In this document: positions 36,401-46,623 of the stretch, piece by piece | Layout: each line of letters opens with the position of its first letter | How positions within the stretch are numbered: the stretch's first letter is position 1 | Assembly (NCBI GenBank): GCA_964019425.1 | Contig: OZ025800.1 | Coordinates: 62,001 to 126,000, forward strand | Source of the DNA: Flectonema sp. DT1601 | Lineage: Eukaryota | Direction of reading: 5' to 3' | Length of the DNA stretch: 64,000 nt | Notes under the pieces: model-generated | Seen by the model: only the letters and a program-made list of their open reading frames with translations | Told to the model about the DNA's origin: nothing | Database searches by the model: none | Position numbers and translations under genes: made by a program

Positions 36401-36755
36401 CTACAGACCATGAACTCTTCCTGACCGCCGCAGTTATGATTTCTGAAGTCAGTCTTGTTGAGTATCCACACTCAGTAGATAATCCACTCTCAGCTGGAGT
36501 AACACTTCGACTGAATAGTGAGAACGTCTCTTCAGACTGAGCTGGTGACTTTTGCCCAATCTCCTCATCAACTTCCTCCTTCAGTTGGATGTTATTTTCT
36601 AATTGTTCTATAAATACCTTTCCTGACGGAGTGGTATTCTCCCAGCGTATTATTTGAGAGTCGTTGGAGCATTCTGAAGTGCTGGCGCTTGGACACGAAG
36701 GCGGTTCCCTCCCTTCGTAAGGCAGCTCGAACAGCTTTCGACATATCCGCGGCAT
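30456..36755 (-). CDS. SMC: SMC-family ATPase (SMC1-4-like, subfamily unclear) with ~980-aa N-terminal disordered extension
   Basis: GFKSF, Walker A GMNGSGKSN, Q-loop FVILQ, hinge G-x6-G-x3-GG (GDLIQRKGVYTGG), signature LSGGQ, Walker B/D-loop FYLFDEIDAALD, and coiled coils between them. Confidence 0.92.
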   Translation of the reverse strand: MPRICRKLFELPYEGREPPSCPSASTSECSNDSQIIRWENTTPSGKVFIEQLENNIQLKEEVDEEIGQKSPAQSEETFSLFSRSVTPAESGLSTECGYSTRLTSEIITAAVRKSSWSVEHSEQSKHDSQQSPQTTSVTTTGADTTPASGTVRQNDVSFMSSDMTDGRSPHKPPRQWMKPIKGGSNCGNELSASPTSRAAIEESRRMDDFMILRQELLRDVSTTSSVTPPSTTSPAPALTNGSTPESSSTAFGRLREQLLRDVSCTSSSASGAAASTSPEPDGDIVIVPPHLPLQSSYRSIVFSEDVTPQVIKIEPQDTIIATEGSVMSTQEGLDLGSESYGDKQKVNSLSSVIINHSIQSEGKEGGDVAQPIEQLSSPVNPIESVSTEKSKKVRKLLQPSLGVQSFCEHQIVPPPSASIKTNQSIPLTAEDTSQVREEQMKRTTPRKTRLILQPSALNTLSEPKDTQITNTVHDNVDLPSDLPNVNKKTPKKPQILQPAALQGSAAKTPAQVPQPAAPDKLCDTITTKVSMKPVQVLQPAAVTQQAETLNESSVPFSVESDAKAVFEKHPKDGGSAAKKPVQIIQPAAIIKTHNDNLIRDEEREGCSPCNVTTPKKIASILLPTAGKGSGSPKYRSSASKKKVRFPDDESESPTSGKVTRQKVVLHKELKDSQGAQENKQSKHLSGVSNQARQSLNKIRSGEKVHKKDKKLSKPNTRRKVITCAGSSSSDNESIMFKKSPSIKCKVKREQMDTNSDIETVVLPRKNSKAKFRARGKVHSHENVRRDTSEIPTSAKPSATNNVTTSSNRKGRRLEVRPFRKSGKSERLSIKEEEICRKKTKLDESPVQQPWQDHNDINVSINPQVQLKSSPHEDLPCDEEQLKSLSDSLVKQPWVEKDFPSEHAGIEQHGKETELLSSEEVRQPWECNSKITISADERITTPLKCIEDIDQTKSQMGLTPLKVSSEVKQTIHNLAEYNKNIDQSNVSLVEVSLDGFKSFASKTTIQISKGFNCIVGMNGSGKSNLIDAVCFVLGLPSELLRCKRLSDLISKNGNTDASVTVHFTVGGDSVFVKRRVFKTGNNIYYLNNKPSDATTVRSQLKVLGVDIEFPQRFVILQQHTTSLLQLNPLSFLEHIERLCGTHLLEKQCNQISEELNRIQQQKESLTLRLSSLSAEQKLTSPMIAKWKAVNEQFSDYSDAEVVWILKAQLCLDSIHTTRQQRLCKLSRHHKDLIVEKDHLYSEKRNIRESLSSLTKQLKSLNDNITIEEESYTEKTDCIAQLQREERTAKRLLSNIDTRRDEIRIVERELMDTRRELADRSAAYHKKSEVDNDIDTAINLKEASELLILQKEVETSEQLQSKREIELQQLHSESASENQKLTDLNSRLLSCTERVCNASRVLSETQTKLKEFTTQLHHQSEKISVCSSRVAVRYRDTIYHLMNKNNNILGFAYQWLQVDARYALAVNSSSVGWIANTVFVKNTEAADLVVESFRNNRIGIITSIVLPPHTSPEFSKLAPQKLVLESAACFIFLSPSKPNTPIALNPNYSLSVLSYVQARLQNVIIAEDLQTGHDLIVSTPYRISVVTRSGDLIQRKGVYTGGDSVSRITAECSLQVIGSESVITSSVVVDGEYEKLKQKVSETKTTLQAQREERTVLQEEKNSTEQQQLEVRRVVKSIHETIQRQQRCQLENMKSLELLKEVIQTKKISLSLDDDCDHNKLKEILSSCSSTAAILVDISVLQKTVNKHEALLQQKRQKLLLMKRPIMSTTTPQLCKVERGMKEHKKTLAQLRSKSDELKKEAISTKSRESIMERDIGKMEKELIAMEADISEARGEISETEKQRKRLQKDLRKNEICNRRDVVFNKEEYLSHCAGSYSSTEEWKSSIAYERQLLDAKRTSLTANAALIDTSKIESFLVAVAERDDISHELNTLTENYNTCQLKLEETQSVRLCVIQNKMIDINKCVSSLYKKLTTESSDCVLTYSTEGAVLFVRGVGVKVRPPGHSEWLPPTKLSGGQRSLSATSISIALQQSFPSPFYLFDEIDAALDAEKARRLGCLLSESGIQMLCISLRHQFYDRANQLIGVYQSPNGISEVVQSEF

Positions 36756-37042
36756 TGAACTGTAAAAATAAATATCAATTTAATCCTTCTTCTTTTCATG
36801 TAGTTCTGTAAAAGAAAATAAACCAATAAAATTAATAAATAATATCCGTACCTGTACTTGTCCTGAACAGTCGAGGAAGGGAGCTAGTCGGATCCCCAAC
36901 AAGGAAGTTGGAAATAAAACATAAAACACTATTTGTAGTATTCGTCCGTTACAACTGCGCGAGGTTAGTTTTGGAAAGAGGACACTTTTTTTTTTTTGTA
37001 ATTTCTTTCATTAAATTCTGTATCTTAAATACCTTTTTATCA

Positions 37043-39967
37043 TCACTCGCTCTTTATTTTATATCTCAGAAGTGGAAGCTCACCGAGGTAGATGTCATCA
37101 GATACCTTTCCCTTAATCACGAATTCGATACAGTTGCCGATATCTTCAAGAGAGCGAGACGTGACTTTAGAAACTAATTCTGCGACGGGTTTACTAAAAC
37201 CCATTTCCTGAAAGAGATCTGATGTGTGGAGTGGATTAAATTCACTGAAGATAATATCACCGTTAGTAGTAGCAAGCTGACTGATACTAATTCCATAGTT
37301 TGCTTCAACAGCAGAAAATAGTTGTCTGAGTGTGGCATCACCCTTACTACTAATTTCAAGACGATCCCAGGGAGTCCAGGTTTTCTTTTGCAGAATGTGA
37401 GACTTAAATACAGCACTTACTCGCTTGTCTCGTTCTTCCTTTCCAGGACCAACTTCACTACCGGAAACATCAGTTAAGTACAGTTTAGGAGTTGGTGGCT
37501 CTGGATCACTTGACATCATCTGAGGTACAGCAACATTAATCCAAGAATTACAAAACTTCTCGAGAGGCAAGTCATCTTGTAGTAGCTTTAAAAACTCAAC
37601 ACACACTAATCCAGTTATTAACGCAGTGGTAGTCACCATTGCCGGTATTATCCTTCCACTTATCTTCTTTACTTCAGCATGCGTTGCCAGTGGTATGCCG
37701 TAACAGTGAGATCTTAGATTAGCTGCAGCAGTAATACAAGCAATGTGTCCCTGTGTGTTTTCATCTTTATCGAACTCAATAGCAGATAGAGTGATGGATG
37801 AGGCTTTGTGTTTTACTTTATCCCATTCAAGTAATAATAATGCTTGATACTCGTCAGATGTTTGATCAACCGGAGGTGGACTTAGTGAGTTATATTCACT
37901 CAAATCAACAGATGACGTAAAAGTATCATATTGTGATAAGTTTAAACAGAACATAGCTGCTCTCACTCTTCCAACAGCCTTCACAAATGATGAATGCATT
38001 TCATTAGTCGGATCAAACTCAACAACACGAGGGGCCTTTAACTTCCCTGACCAGAATGGTTGTCCTGTTTTATCATCAACTTTATCAATTGGATGTTGTT
38101 TTAATATTTGTTTCATTGAATTCGTAAAGTTTATTTTGAACTGTTCGATTCCCCATCTGATACAAGTCTCTGGAGTTTGTTCTTCCTTTAAACAGCTAAT
38201 TAAGTTCGATAGTTGTGATTCTTGTTCTTTTCCAAGAGTGTCACTTCCCTTTACACCATCCATTAATGAATAAGTTGCTTCAAAAGAACCACCAAACCAA
38301 TCTCTAGCCCACGCTATTGTGTGTTCCTTACTATTTGGAAAAAAGTGTAGTGTGCATTGTGGGATATCTTTTTCAGGTGGGTCGCGTTGGGCTCCATAAT
38401 TCTCAGTTTGCTTTGGGATTACTACTTGAGAATGAGCCTGTGGACCAAGAGTCCCTGAGTCTATCATCTTCTTTGAAAACTGAAGAGCTTTCGTATCAAC
38501 GTATAACCTTGCTTGAACATTATCCAAAGCAGTTATTAATATGTCTTGTTTATTCCAGAATCGATCGTTGAATAGTTGCTCCTGTTCCGTTCCGACTCGA
38601 GATGTTTTAGCCATCATTTTCATTGTTGGGTTAATCCGCTTAGCTGACGACTGAGCAATCTTTGATTTGAACTGACCGACATGCTCATTTCTGAATAAGA
38701 ATTGTCTCGTGAGGTTTGATCGCTCGATTTTGTCAGGGTCCGTAGCCGTAAGGAACCCCTTTGGTCCAGTGCCGATACCAAGACAAGCAAAGTTCTTTAT
38801 AAATTCACAACCCAAGGCTCCACATCCGATCATAAACACTTTATTATTCTTTAGACGAGTTGTTACTTCAGTACCAAGTACAGCTGTGGTACTGCAATAA
38901 CGATCCTTTTTACCAGAAAAGTGAGTGCTGTTAGCCTCGATAATCACCTTTGGAACGACATCCCTTCCGTCGTAGTAATACAGTTGATGAATAGGACTAT
39001 ATTTACCAGTACATGCCTTTAGTACCTCCTGTGCTCCAAGTCCACCAATGTAACATGTGATTGGGTTAAATGATGCTTGTAGATACATTGCTTGTTCACT
39101 ACGACTTTCATCAAACAACTTCCTCATGACGGTGAGATCTGTCGTGAGGTCTCCAGCTGCAATTCCTGAACACGGATCCCGCTGAAGTGCTTCTGCTAAC
39201 GAAATGAACGGAAGCTTTTTTGGAATCTTTACCTGTGTCAGGTACCCAGGATTCCCACTTGTCAAATCAACTGCTGGGGTGAATGCAAATGAAGAAGCAC
39301 TGAGAATCTTCTCTATTCTAAAGAGAGTATCAGGGATAGAATCGAATTTAATTGTATCATCAGGGTACAGTAGTAGTTGGTTCTCGTCATCAACGGTTAC
39401 TTGAGATGTTGATATTTCTGTTACGGTGTGAGTCACTGGATCGATTCCTGTGTCATCTAACACAGTGTGTTGGGGACCAAAATCATTAAAAATGAAACCA
39501 GCAACACCACGAGCTTCACACCAAGTCATTTTAGTAGTTGATCGAATAGCGTTATTGATATCAATGAGATTTGATAAAGGATACGTTTGATCGCACCATA
39601 TTACTGAATCGTACTTCTGTAACTCTGCAGCAGTATTCGGTACCTCTGAAAGAACTGTAAGTGGAGCTCCAGTTGGATGTAACTTTGACAGCTCTCTACT
39701 TGCAACGGCTGCTCGTGGCTGTCCGACATCTTTTTCATTCGCAACAAACATTGAACCCAAATCCCACATGCTGGTCTCGTCTCTGTCTGCGATTGTAAGT
39801 TTTCCAACTCCCGTTAGTATCAAATTCTTAGCTACCTCACAACCGAGACCACCCATTCCAATAATTAATACCGTACTCTCAGTTATTTTTCTCATTGCTT
39901 CTTCTCCTAAAGCGTACTGAACTCTGCTGTACAGATCATCATCGATCGCTTTTTTCTCTGACGACAT
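37043..39967 (-). CDS. UBA1: Ubiquitin(-like) activating enzyme E1, UBA1/UBA6 type
   Basis: LYSRVQYALG, two GxGxxG Rossmann motifs, DKIERSNLTRQFLFR, ALDNVQAR, catalytic Cys in PQCTLHFFP, IIPAMVTTTA and a C-terminal UFD-like region. Orthology to UBA1 versus a paralog is untested. Confidence 0.9.
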   Translation of the reverse strand: MSSEKKAIDDDLYSRVQYALGEEAMRKITESTVLIIGMGGLGCEVAKNLILTGVGKLTIADRDETSMWDLGSMFVANEKDVGQPRAAVASRELSKLHPTGAPLTVLSEVPNTAAELQKYDSVIWCDQTYPLSNLIDINNAIRSTTKMTWCEARGVAGFIFNDFGPQHTVLDDTGIDPVTHTVTEISTSQVTVDDENQLLLYPDDTIKFDSIPDTLFRIEKILSASSFAFTPAVDLTSGNPGYLTQVKIPKKLPFISLAEALQRDPCSGIAAGDLTTDLTVMRKLFDESRSEQAMYLQASFNPITCYIGGLGAQEVLKACTGKYSPIHQLYYYDGRDVVPKVIIEANSTHFSGKKDRYCSTTAVLGTEVTTRLKNNKVFMIGCGALGCEFIKNFACLGIGTGPKGFLTATDPDKIERSNLTRQFLFRNEHVGQFKSKIAQSSAKRINPTMKMMAKTSRVGTEQEQLFNDRFWNKQDILITALDNVQARLYVDTKALQFSKKMIDSGTLGPQAHSQVVIPKQTENYGAQRDPPEKDIPQCTLHFFPNSKEHTIAWARDWFGGSFEATYSLMDGVKGSDTLGKEQESQLSNLISCLKEEQTPETCIRWGIEQFKINFTNSMKQILKQHPIDKVDDKTGQPFWSGKLKAPRVVEFDPTNEMHSSFVKAVGRVRAAMFCLNLSQYDTFTSSVDLSEYNSLSPPPVDQTSDEYQALLLLEWDKVKHKASSITLSAIEFDKDENTQGHIACITAAANLRSHCYGIPLATHAEVKKISGRIIPAMVTTTALITGLVCVEFLKLLQDDLPLEKFCNSWINVAVPQMMSSDPEPPTPKLYLTDVSGSEVGPGKEERDKRVSAVFKSHILQKKTWTPWDRLEISSKGDATLRQLFSAVEANYGISISQLATTNGDIIFSEFNPLHTSDLFQEMGFSKPVAELVSKVTSRSLEDIGNCIEFVIKGKVSDDIYLGELPLLRYKIKSE

Positions 39968-40033
39968 TTTTTGCTGTCCTGCTGCTGAGTACGAAACAGT
40001 TAAGTTTTTGAAATATAATAATAATTAGAATAT

Positions 40034-41815
40034 GAGGACATGTCAAAAGTCTGGTACCGTTTTGGTCAACGGTAAACTGTGGGCATGTACAACTCAATCG
40101 AGTCCCAACCCGGTCTGAAACATGCCCCAAAAAATTCAATTCCGGGTGTGGGATCTCACTTTACTCGTAATACTTGTAAAAAAAAAAAAAAAATCCTGCA
40201 TTTTTTGCTTGTGGCTTACAGAGAACTGGCTTGTGGCTACAGAGAAACCCAAATATTACATATGCAGCCTTGCCAAAAGTATCATCCCCCAAATCTATAT
40301 TCTAATATTTCATTATAAAAATAAATGGAATTATCAGTAAAAATAATACTTTTACTGTGATAATTATTATTAGTTTTTAGCACCACGTTCTACACTTTTT
40401 GCACTTCCTTTGGACGTAGTCACATTCTGATCGAAAGCCCTGAGTAGAACCCTCGGAAGAGTTACCATCAGTTTTGAGTTGATTTGTATGCGTCAAAAAA
40501 AAGTCAATTTGTCGAGTCTCATTGTGCAACTTGAAATGCATAGTTATACCCAAACTGTACTTCTCCTGCTGCTAATAATGTGATGATGACTCTTGTGGTA
40601 AGGAGTCTTCTCCTTAGGTACCTGTGGCAAGGTACTGAAGGAGAAGACTCTTTATAATCAAGTTTTATAATTAAATCATCTCCGTATCAGAAGTGTTTTC
40701 TGAATAGACTGCATTCTGTCTCATAAACTCTTCTACATGATAATGAACCTCAACAAGTCTGTTGTATCATTATAATGAGATGGCAGCTGGTCGTACACCA
40801 GCTGCTATGACTGGTAAGCCACCCTTACTGGACACTATTGTCAGCTCACTGGCATGTGCAGCATTCCAAACGGTTAATGAACAGTTACTGAGTAACCATT
40901 CTGTCATTCAACACTTGCTAAGTAGTTTTGACAGTTTCTTTCTAATTGTCTGTCCACACGGCAGTAGGAGCAGACACCAGTTCACAGCGCAAGGTGATGA
41001 TATTCATTCCCACGCATACGATGGTATGTAGATTCTGATATCAGATTTCGAATACTGCTGACTTTATAGATAGATTTAAATGTCCCCCAAGGACACCCTG
41101 CAACGTAACAGTCTCACCTCGTTGACTTTTTGATACCATTGAAGTCGGACGAGGCTGCCTTGAGCTCGTTCTCACTTGACTGCACAACTTCAGGAAGATC
41201 TTCATTGGTTCTTATACTTATGGGCACGTGGATTCTAGCATCCCAGGCCTTTCTGCCTATTTTTAGCCCAGCTTCTTCTAGAAAGCTTAACTTCCATCCT
41301 ATTCTTCTAGACACTTCTCGCCTGTCACCCGTTTCCATGCTCACAATTGTTTCATTTACTACTGAAAGGACAATTGACACCATTCCACAGCACTGCTATT
41401 CCCACAACCCTCACGGGGCATAGCAGTAACATCACCACCCCCAGAAAGGCATTCTAGCAGTTTTGCACGTTTACCTTCCAAGGTTTTTGAACTCCCATTG
41501 AACTTTTTCCTGTCACTCCACTTCGGAGGGTCTCGCATCTTGTCAATCAGTAATTGCAGTTGCTCAATTATCGCTTTTGTGGTCATATTTTGCTTTTGTT
41601 ATGCTTGGGGCTCTCTGTAACAGCTTTGTTACCGGCTACAAGCAAAAAATGCAGGAATTTTTTTTTTTTTTACAAGTATTACGAGTAAAGTGAGATCCCA
41701 CACCCGGAATTGAATTTTTTGGGGCATGTTTCAGACGGGGTTGGGTCTCGATTGAGTTGTACATGCCCGCAGTTTACCGTTGACCAAAACGGTACCAGAC
41801 TTTTGACATCCACTC
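40034..41815 (-). mobile_element. Decayed cut-and-paste DNA transposon with ~180-bp TIRs (Sola-like)
   Basis: Near-identical inverted repeats at ~40034-40215 and ~41635-41815, termini GAG...CTC, ATAT on both flanks (40030-40033, 41816-41819), and an interrupted transposase-like frame inside. Confidence 0.85.
40376..41586 (-). pseudogene. Disrupted transposase remnant
   Basis: Frameshifted, stop-interrupted segments: GWKLSFLEEAGLKIGRKAW, ISESTYHRMRGNEYHHLAL*TGVCSYC, HVEEFMRQNAVY, LIIKLDYKE (candidate first catalytic Asp at 40657-40659), QESSSHY*...LGITMHF...IDFFD, and terminal CKKC. Confidence 0.6.
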
Positions 41816-43638
41816 ATATTAAGAAGTGTACCAAATCAGAAAATATAAAAAAAAGGAAAGTTAAAAATTCACAATTGTCCTCCGGATTGGCATCTCACTC
41901 CCGCCGTCGTCAATACGCCAGTAAGGGAAAGTCACAAAAACCTTCATTTTTATTGTTTTGAGTTCCTATTTAGAAATAGATAAGTGTACTTTGTGAATCA
42001 CAACTAAAACCCAATTGAAAGAAACGAGTGAAATAACAAGTTCCTTACGACTAACGAAGTAGAAATAGGGCAACGATGGCAACCAACTCGTATCGGATAT
42101 GACTTACGAAGACCACCAAACAAGCAAAATTTCTGTGACCCAAATATATTCAGAAAATAATATCGTCTTTGGAATGTGTCGCGAAGTTCTATGACACTAT
42201 TTAATATTTAACACCAGAAACATCACAAGAATCGTGACAGCATCAAGCGATACATATCACTTTACAATGTTATGTAAACTATTTCTTGGGATCACATATC
42301 AATAATATTCTTGTGAACGATACGAAACTAACAAAACCAAAGCACGAAGTGATAACGACATTCTAAAAGAAAGGGAGGCTACAACCAGACTACTTTTTGG
42401 GGGTATGAAAGAAAAACAAAGAAAGCCTTTTAAAACGTTTTAAAAACCTTCAAGCCGACCCCTGACGCTAACCGGGAGGGACTACTATTATTTGCAGATT
42501 TAGAAAAAAACCTCTATTTGATAATTCAGGCTGCATTACCCATTTTCATGCTTTTTGCAAAGAACAACGTTTTTTTTGGATATAATATCATAGCAACAGC
42601 AAAAAAAAAAAAAAAAAAAAAAGAAATCATCAGCCAAAAGTGACAGAAAGCTCTTTGGTGTCATCCGCAAGGTTTTCTTTTTTTAAAATTCCAGGAAGAA
42701 ACACATATGATAGTTACGAAAGCCACTTCCTTAATTAGTAGGCATAGCATGTTGTATTAATATATATACATGAGATATAAGGGATAAAAACAAATGTATA
42801 CTAGCTTTATATTTTCGTTGAACGCAGACGGAATCTTGTCACATAGGGAAACTAGTCATTGTTTATAGGAAGTATCGGTTTTTAAATCTGAAGAGTGTTC
42901 TTCGTCGGTATTAAGAAAAAAAAAAAGAAAAAAGTTTTTTTTTTGTCACATATATCGAGTGGTGGAACCAGACATGAATTTAAAGGGTACATTGATGGAA
43001 TTGAATTTTTTTAAAAAAAAGAAATTTCTCAAAACGAATATTTCAGCATTCCTACTTGAGATGATTATCAGAAACTTCTGATGTCTTTATTTTTTTTCAA
43101 TTTTTTTCATCAATAGACAAACGGGGGTTTTTTCAGAATTATTAAATTAATAATCCTCAGACATAACCTCCGCCAAAAAACAGTATGGACACGACACTAA
43201 TTCAAAGCTACTTTAGTAAATGCACTTTGACAGTTGTTGCCTTTATTTCTTTTTTTTTTTTTTTTTGCTTTTTAAAAGAAAAAACAAAGTTGGCAGTGTA
43301 AGAGACGCATTCCACGATAGCTGCCATTTCCAAGCGACTAATCAGATACGCTCTGCTCCTTGGATTTATTTGTTGAATGAATATATACTTCGCGGGGTTG
43401 ATAGCAAAAAGAATCCTGGGGAACACCCTCCAGGATCAGGGTTAATTAGATATATAGAATTGGAGTCAATTTTTTTCATAGTCAGTGAAACAACGCTGCA
43501 ATACGCGATACTAAAGTTTATGAAAACTAACTCACAACTTGATACAATCACAGATCAATGTATTTAACTTATAGACAAAGCTTGTTAGATATGTGTGTTG
43601 GGCACCTGCACCATCAGAAAACTAGAGAGGAGGAAAAA

Positions 43639-43822
43639 ACAACAACAACGCATAACAACAACAACGCATAACAACAACAACGCATAACAACAACAACGCA
43701 TAACAACAACAACGCATAACAACAACAACGCATAACAACAACAACGCATAACAACAACAACGCATAACAACAACAACGCATAACAACAACAACGCATAAC
43801 AACAACAACGCATAACAACAAA
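43639..43822. repeat. Minisatellite, 11 perfect copies of ACAACAACAACGCATA (16 bp) plus a partial copy
   Basis: CGCATA recurs every 16 nt from 43649 to 43809. Confidence 0.97.
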
Positions 43823-46245
43823 AAAAAAAAAAGATAGACACACACACAAAATAGATTATTTTCATTTTCTCCGAGTGACAACCCAAGGAAGGGAAACCTT
43901 CTGTTAGAAGATGAATAGCGTCAAAAAACGTATGCGTCGATTACTTGACCAGCGCAATACGTTCCTTAACAAGTGTAGCACGTCAAAGTGTTTCCAATCA
44001 AACACCCTGGGACTGACTACCCTAAGATGAAAAGGTTTATTTTGAGCTGGTGTTCTGAAAAATGTGTAATTTATATACTTTTATAGGAAAGCGAAAAAAG
44101 AAAATAAACCTTTCGTACCGTTTGTACAAAAATTTGCTACAAACAAATAAGTTGTCGGTTTTATGAACAATTCTGTTTTCCTAAAACAGGGATTTTGCCC
44201 AAATTCTCTTTAAACAAAACGACGAAATGCGATTGGTCAGACTACCTTCTGAACTACATTCGTAATCAGCATTCAGTCAGCTTTTCTATCACACAATTAC
44301 TGATAATAAAACTTAAAAAAAAGCAACCTGAAAAAAAAAAACGGATAACAAATATTCCATTAACTTACTTCTTTAAGCATCTATGCATGGCTCTGAAAGA
44401 GCAAACTATGGAGCATCGCATAAACTTGAAAATAGCGCTAAACGCATGACGGAATTAAAAAAAAAAGAGAGGGGAAAAAAAAAAACAGAATGAAACTTGC
44501 AACAAATACAGTATCATAAGGGTTTTTTTTTCCCTTCTTTTTTTTTTCGGGTACAGATATCTGTTGGGAAAATATTGAAATAAGAAAAAGGAAAGAACAA
44601 AGAATACGTGCGCCAGCCAATGAGTGCATGTAACTGAAACACCCCAGCCAGAAATGTGAAGGGAAGAGCGAACAACAGACCACTCTTATGCAAGAATAAA
44701 CAAAACAAAACAAAAAAATCTTCTCAGCGAATTAGGAAAGGTGCACAAGTGCAACGGCGCTATCGGTATTTTATTTTATTTTTTCTCCTAGTCGGGTTGT
44801 TTGACACATATCAAGGTTTAACACACAAGAGTTGGCTACTGTCTAGGTAATATACTCAGAGTTGCGAGTCCAACAAGCCACCAAGAACCAACCATAGGTA
44901 TCAAGGAACTCTTTCGGACTACATCCCTTCCTTAAATTGGGTTAGTTAGTTAGTATTAGTTTTATTTTATTAGTTTCGACACGAGGAATACCAAAGCAAG
45001 AGATCAGTACTTCTCAGTGCCTCCACCTTAACCGGATCATTAGCAGGAAAGAAATTGAAAATATATAATCATTATAAAAAGTGTTCAGATTAACGGGAAA
45101 ACAGAATGGAAAGAGAATGAACCAAACAAACCATGCAAGACGAGACAAAGCTTGCGAGCCACATAATGACTGAACAAATATAATATTTTATTATTGGAAT
45201 ACTCGCTGTGACTCATTATTTTTTTTTATTTTTTTTTAATTGAACTCACGACAATCGACGTTCAGAAAATGAAAAACAAAAAAATATTAGAAGACACGGA
45301 AACGACTCAAACTTTTCGTTGCTATTTTTTTTGACATCTAGTGCAACACTGACGCGATTAAAGAAAAATAAACAACAGAAAGGGAAATAGGAAGTAATTC
45401 TATTGGAATAACAAAAGGAGATGATTAAAAATATTTTTTGCTTTGATTTTTTTTCTTTTTGCGCAAACGTCAATCTCTTAAAAAGTGAAGCAAATCCCCT
45501 TAACCGAGTGGTTTTGCCTGGAAATAAATCCAATAACAAGAATGACCAACAAAACAGAACAGGTACAAGAAAAACAGCTCCTCTCATGAAATCTTCATCA
45601 ATGTTAGTTTACTATGCTGGGTCTCAACAAACATTCAATATCGGCATTGGGAAGGATCTCAGCAAGCAGAGTTGTACGACAGGAAGACACTTGCAGGGTA
45701 TAACAAACGAACCCAACAAAAATATTGAATAATAATAAACTTAACCTAGACGTATCTTATGGAGCAGGTTTTTTTTTTGAAAAAAAAAAAAAACATAAGT
45801 AGCTACTGGTTTTTCGAAGAATTTCGTTTCCCAACGAAGAGGAATTCAGTCAGTAAATAACAGAATTAGCTGGGTGAAACCACGACAACAACAAACAGAC
45901 AAGTCAACAAAGTAAGATACAAAAAAAAAAAACTCACAACTCACACATTATAATAAAAGATAACACGATAGATTTTTTTTTTTTTTTTTTTTTTCAGACA
46001 TCAGGGAAACACTTGTTAAACAAGCAGCATGAGAAAGGTTGCAGTGCCGCCAGTAACAATCTAATTCCCAAATGACGAGAGCTCTTCAAGTAAGGAGGAA
46101 TCACAAGAACTAAAAAGGCACGCCACTATTCAGAAAAGTTTGTTGACAAAGACATGTGCTATTATGTTTATTTTTGCAGGAAACGAGTAACGTTTTTTTT
46201 TAACTGTGGTTAAAATTAAAAAAACAAAAAAAATAATAATTTCAA

Positions 46246-46623
46246 AACTGATAACTACGGGGACCCAATCACAGGGATTGTGTTTTTAGCTTTGGCTGGA
46301 AATATTAACTCCCAGCCATTCACCTTGCCCAGACTAACAGGTTGAAGAAGAAAAAAAAAAAAAAAGGGGGGGGAAATGATCAGTGGGAGTGGAGAGAGTT
46401 AACAAATAAAATATCCTTTCTATTCGATAAATAAAACCTTTCTTTTAATAAAATAATCACACGTGTCTAATGACAAAAGAAAATAAGAAACTCGGAACAG
46501 GACCCCGTTAGCCTAAATTGTTCAAATCACACTGTAAGGGGATTACCGAAGGCCCTACAGAAGTATCTAAGAAATAGAATCAAAAGGAAACTTAAATAAG
46601 ACAGTCAGTTTTGGATCTTAACT
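46246..46623. repeat. Dispersed repeat A, copy 2 (same orientation as copy 1)
   Basis: Collinear similarity to 14191-14639 with indels. Confidence 0.85.

Noticed and set aside
36760..36851. Extra coding exon upstream of the SMC gene
   Set aside because: The phase-compatible upstream frame hits a TAG with no ATG, so it is at most a 5' UTR intron or a trans-splice acceptor.
40980..41116. In-frame TGA codons in the transposase remnant as evidence of stop-codon reassignment
   Set aside because: Host genes end in TGA (E1 at 37043, lipase-like at 57869), long CDSs have no internal TGA, and the element also has frameshifts, so decay explains them.
43585..43886. Periodic array as a CRISPR locus, or the Cys/Val/Leu-repeat ORFs over it as proteins
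   Set aside because: The units are head-to-tail with no spacers, and the ORFs are translations of the minisatellite in three frames.
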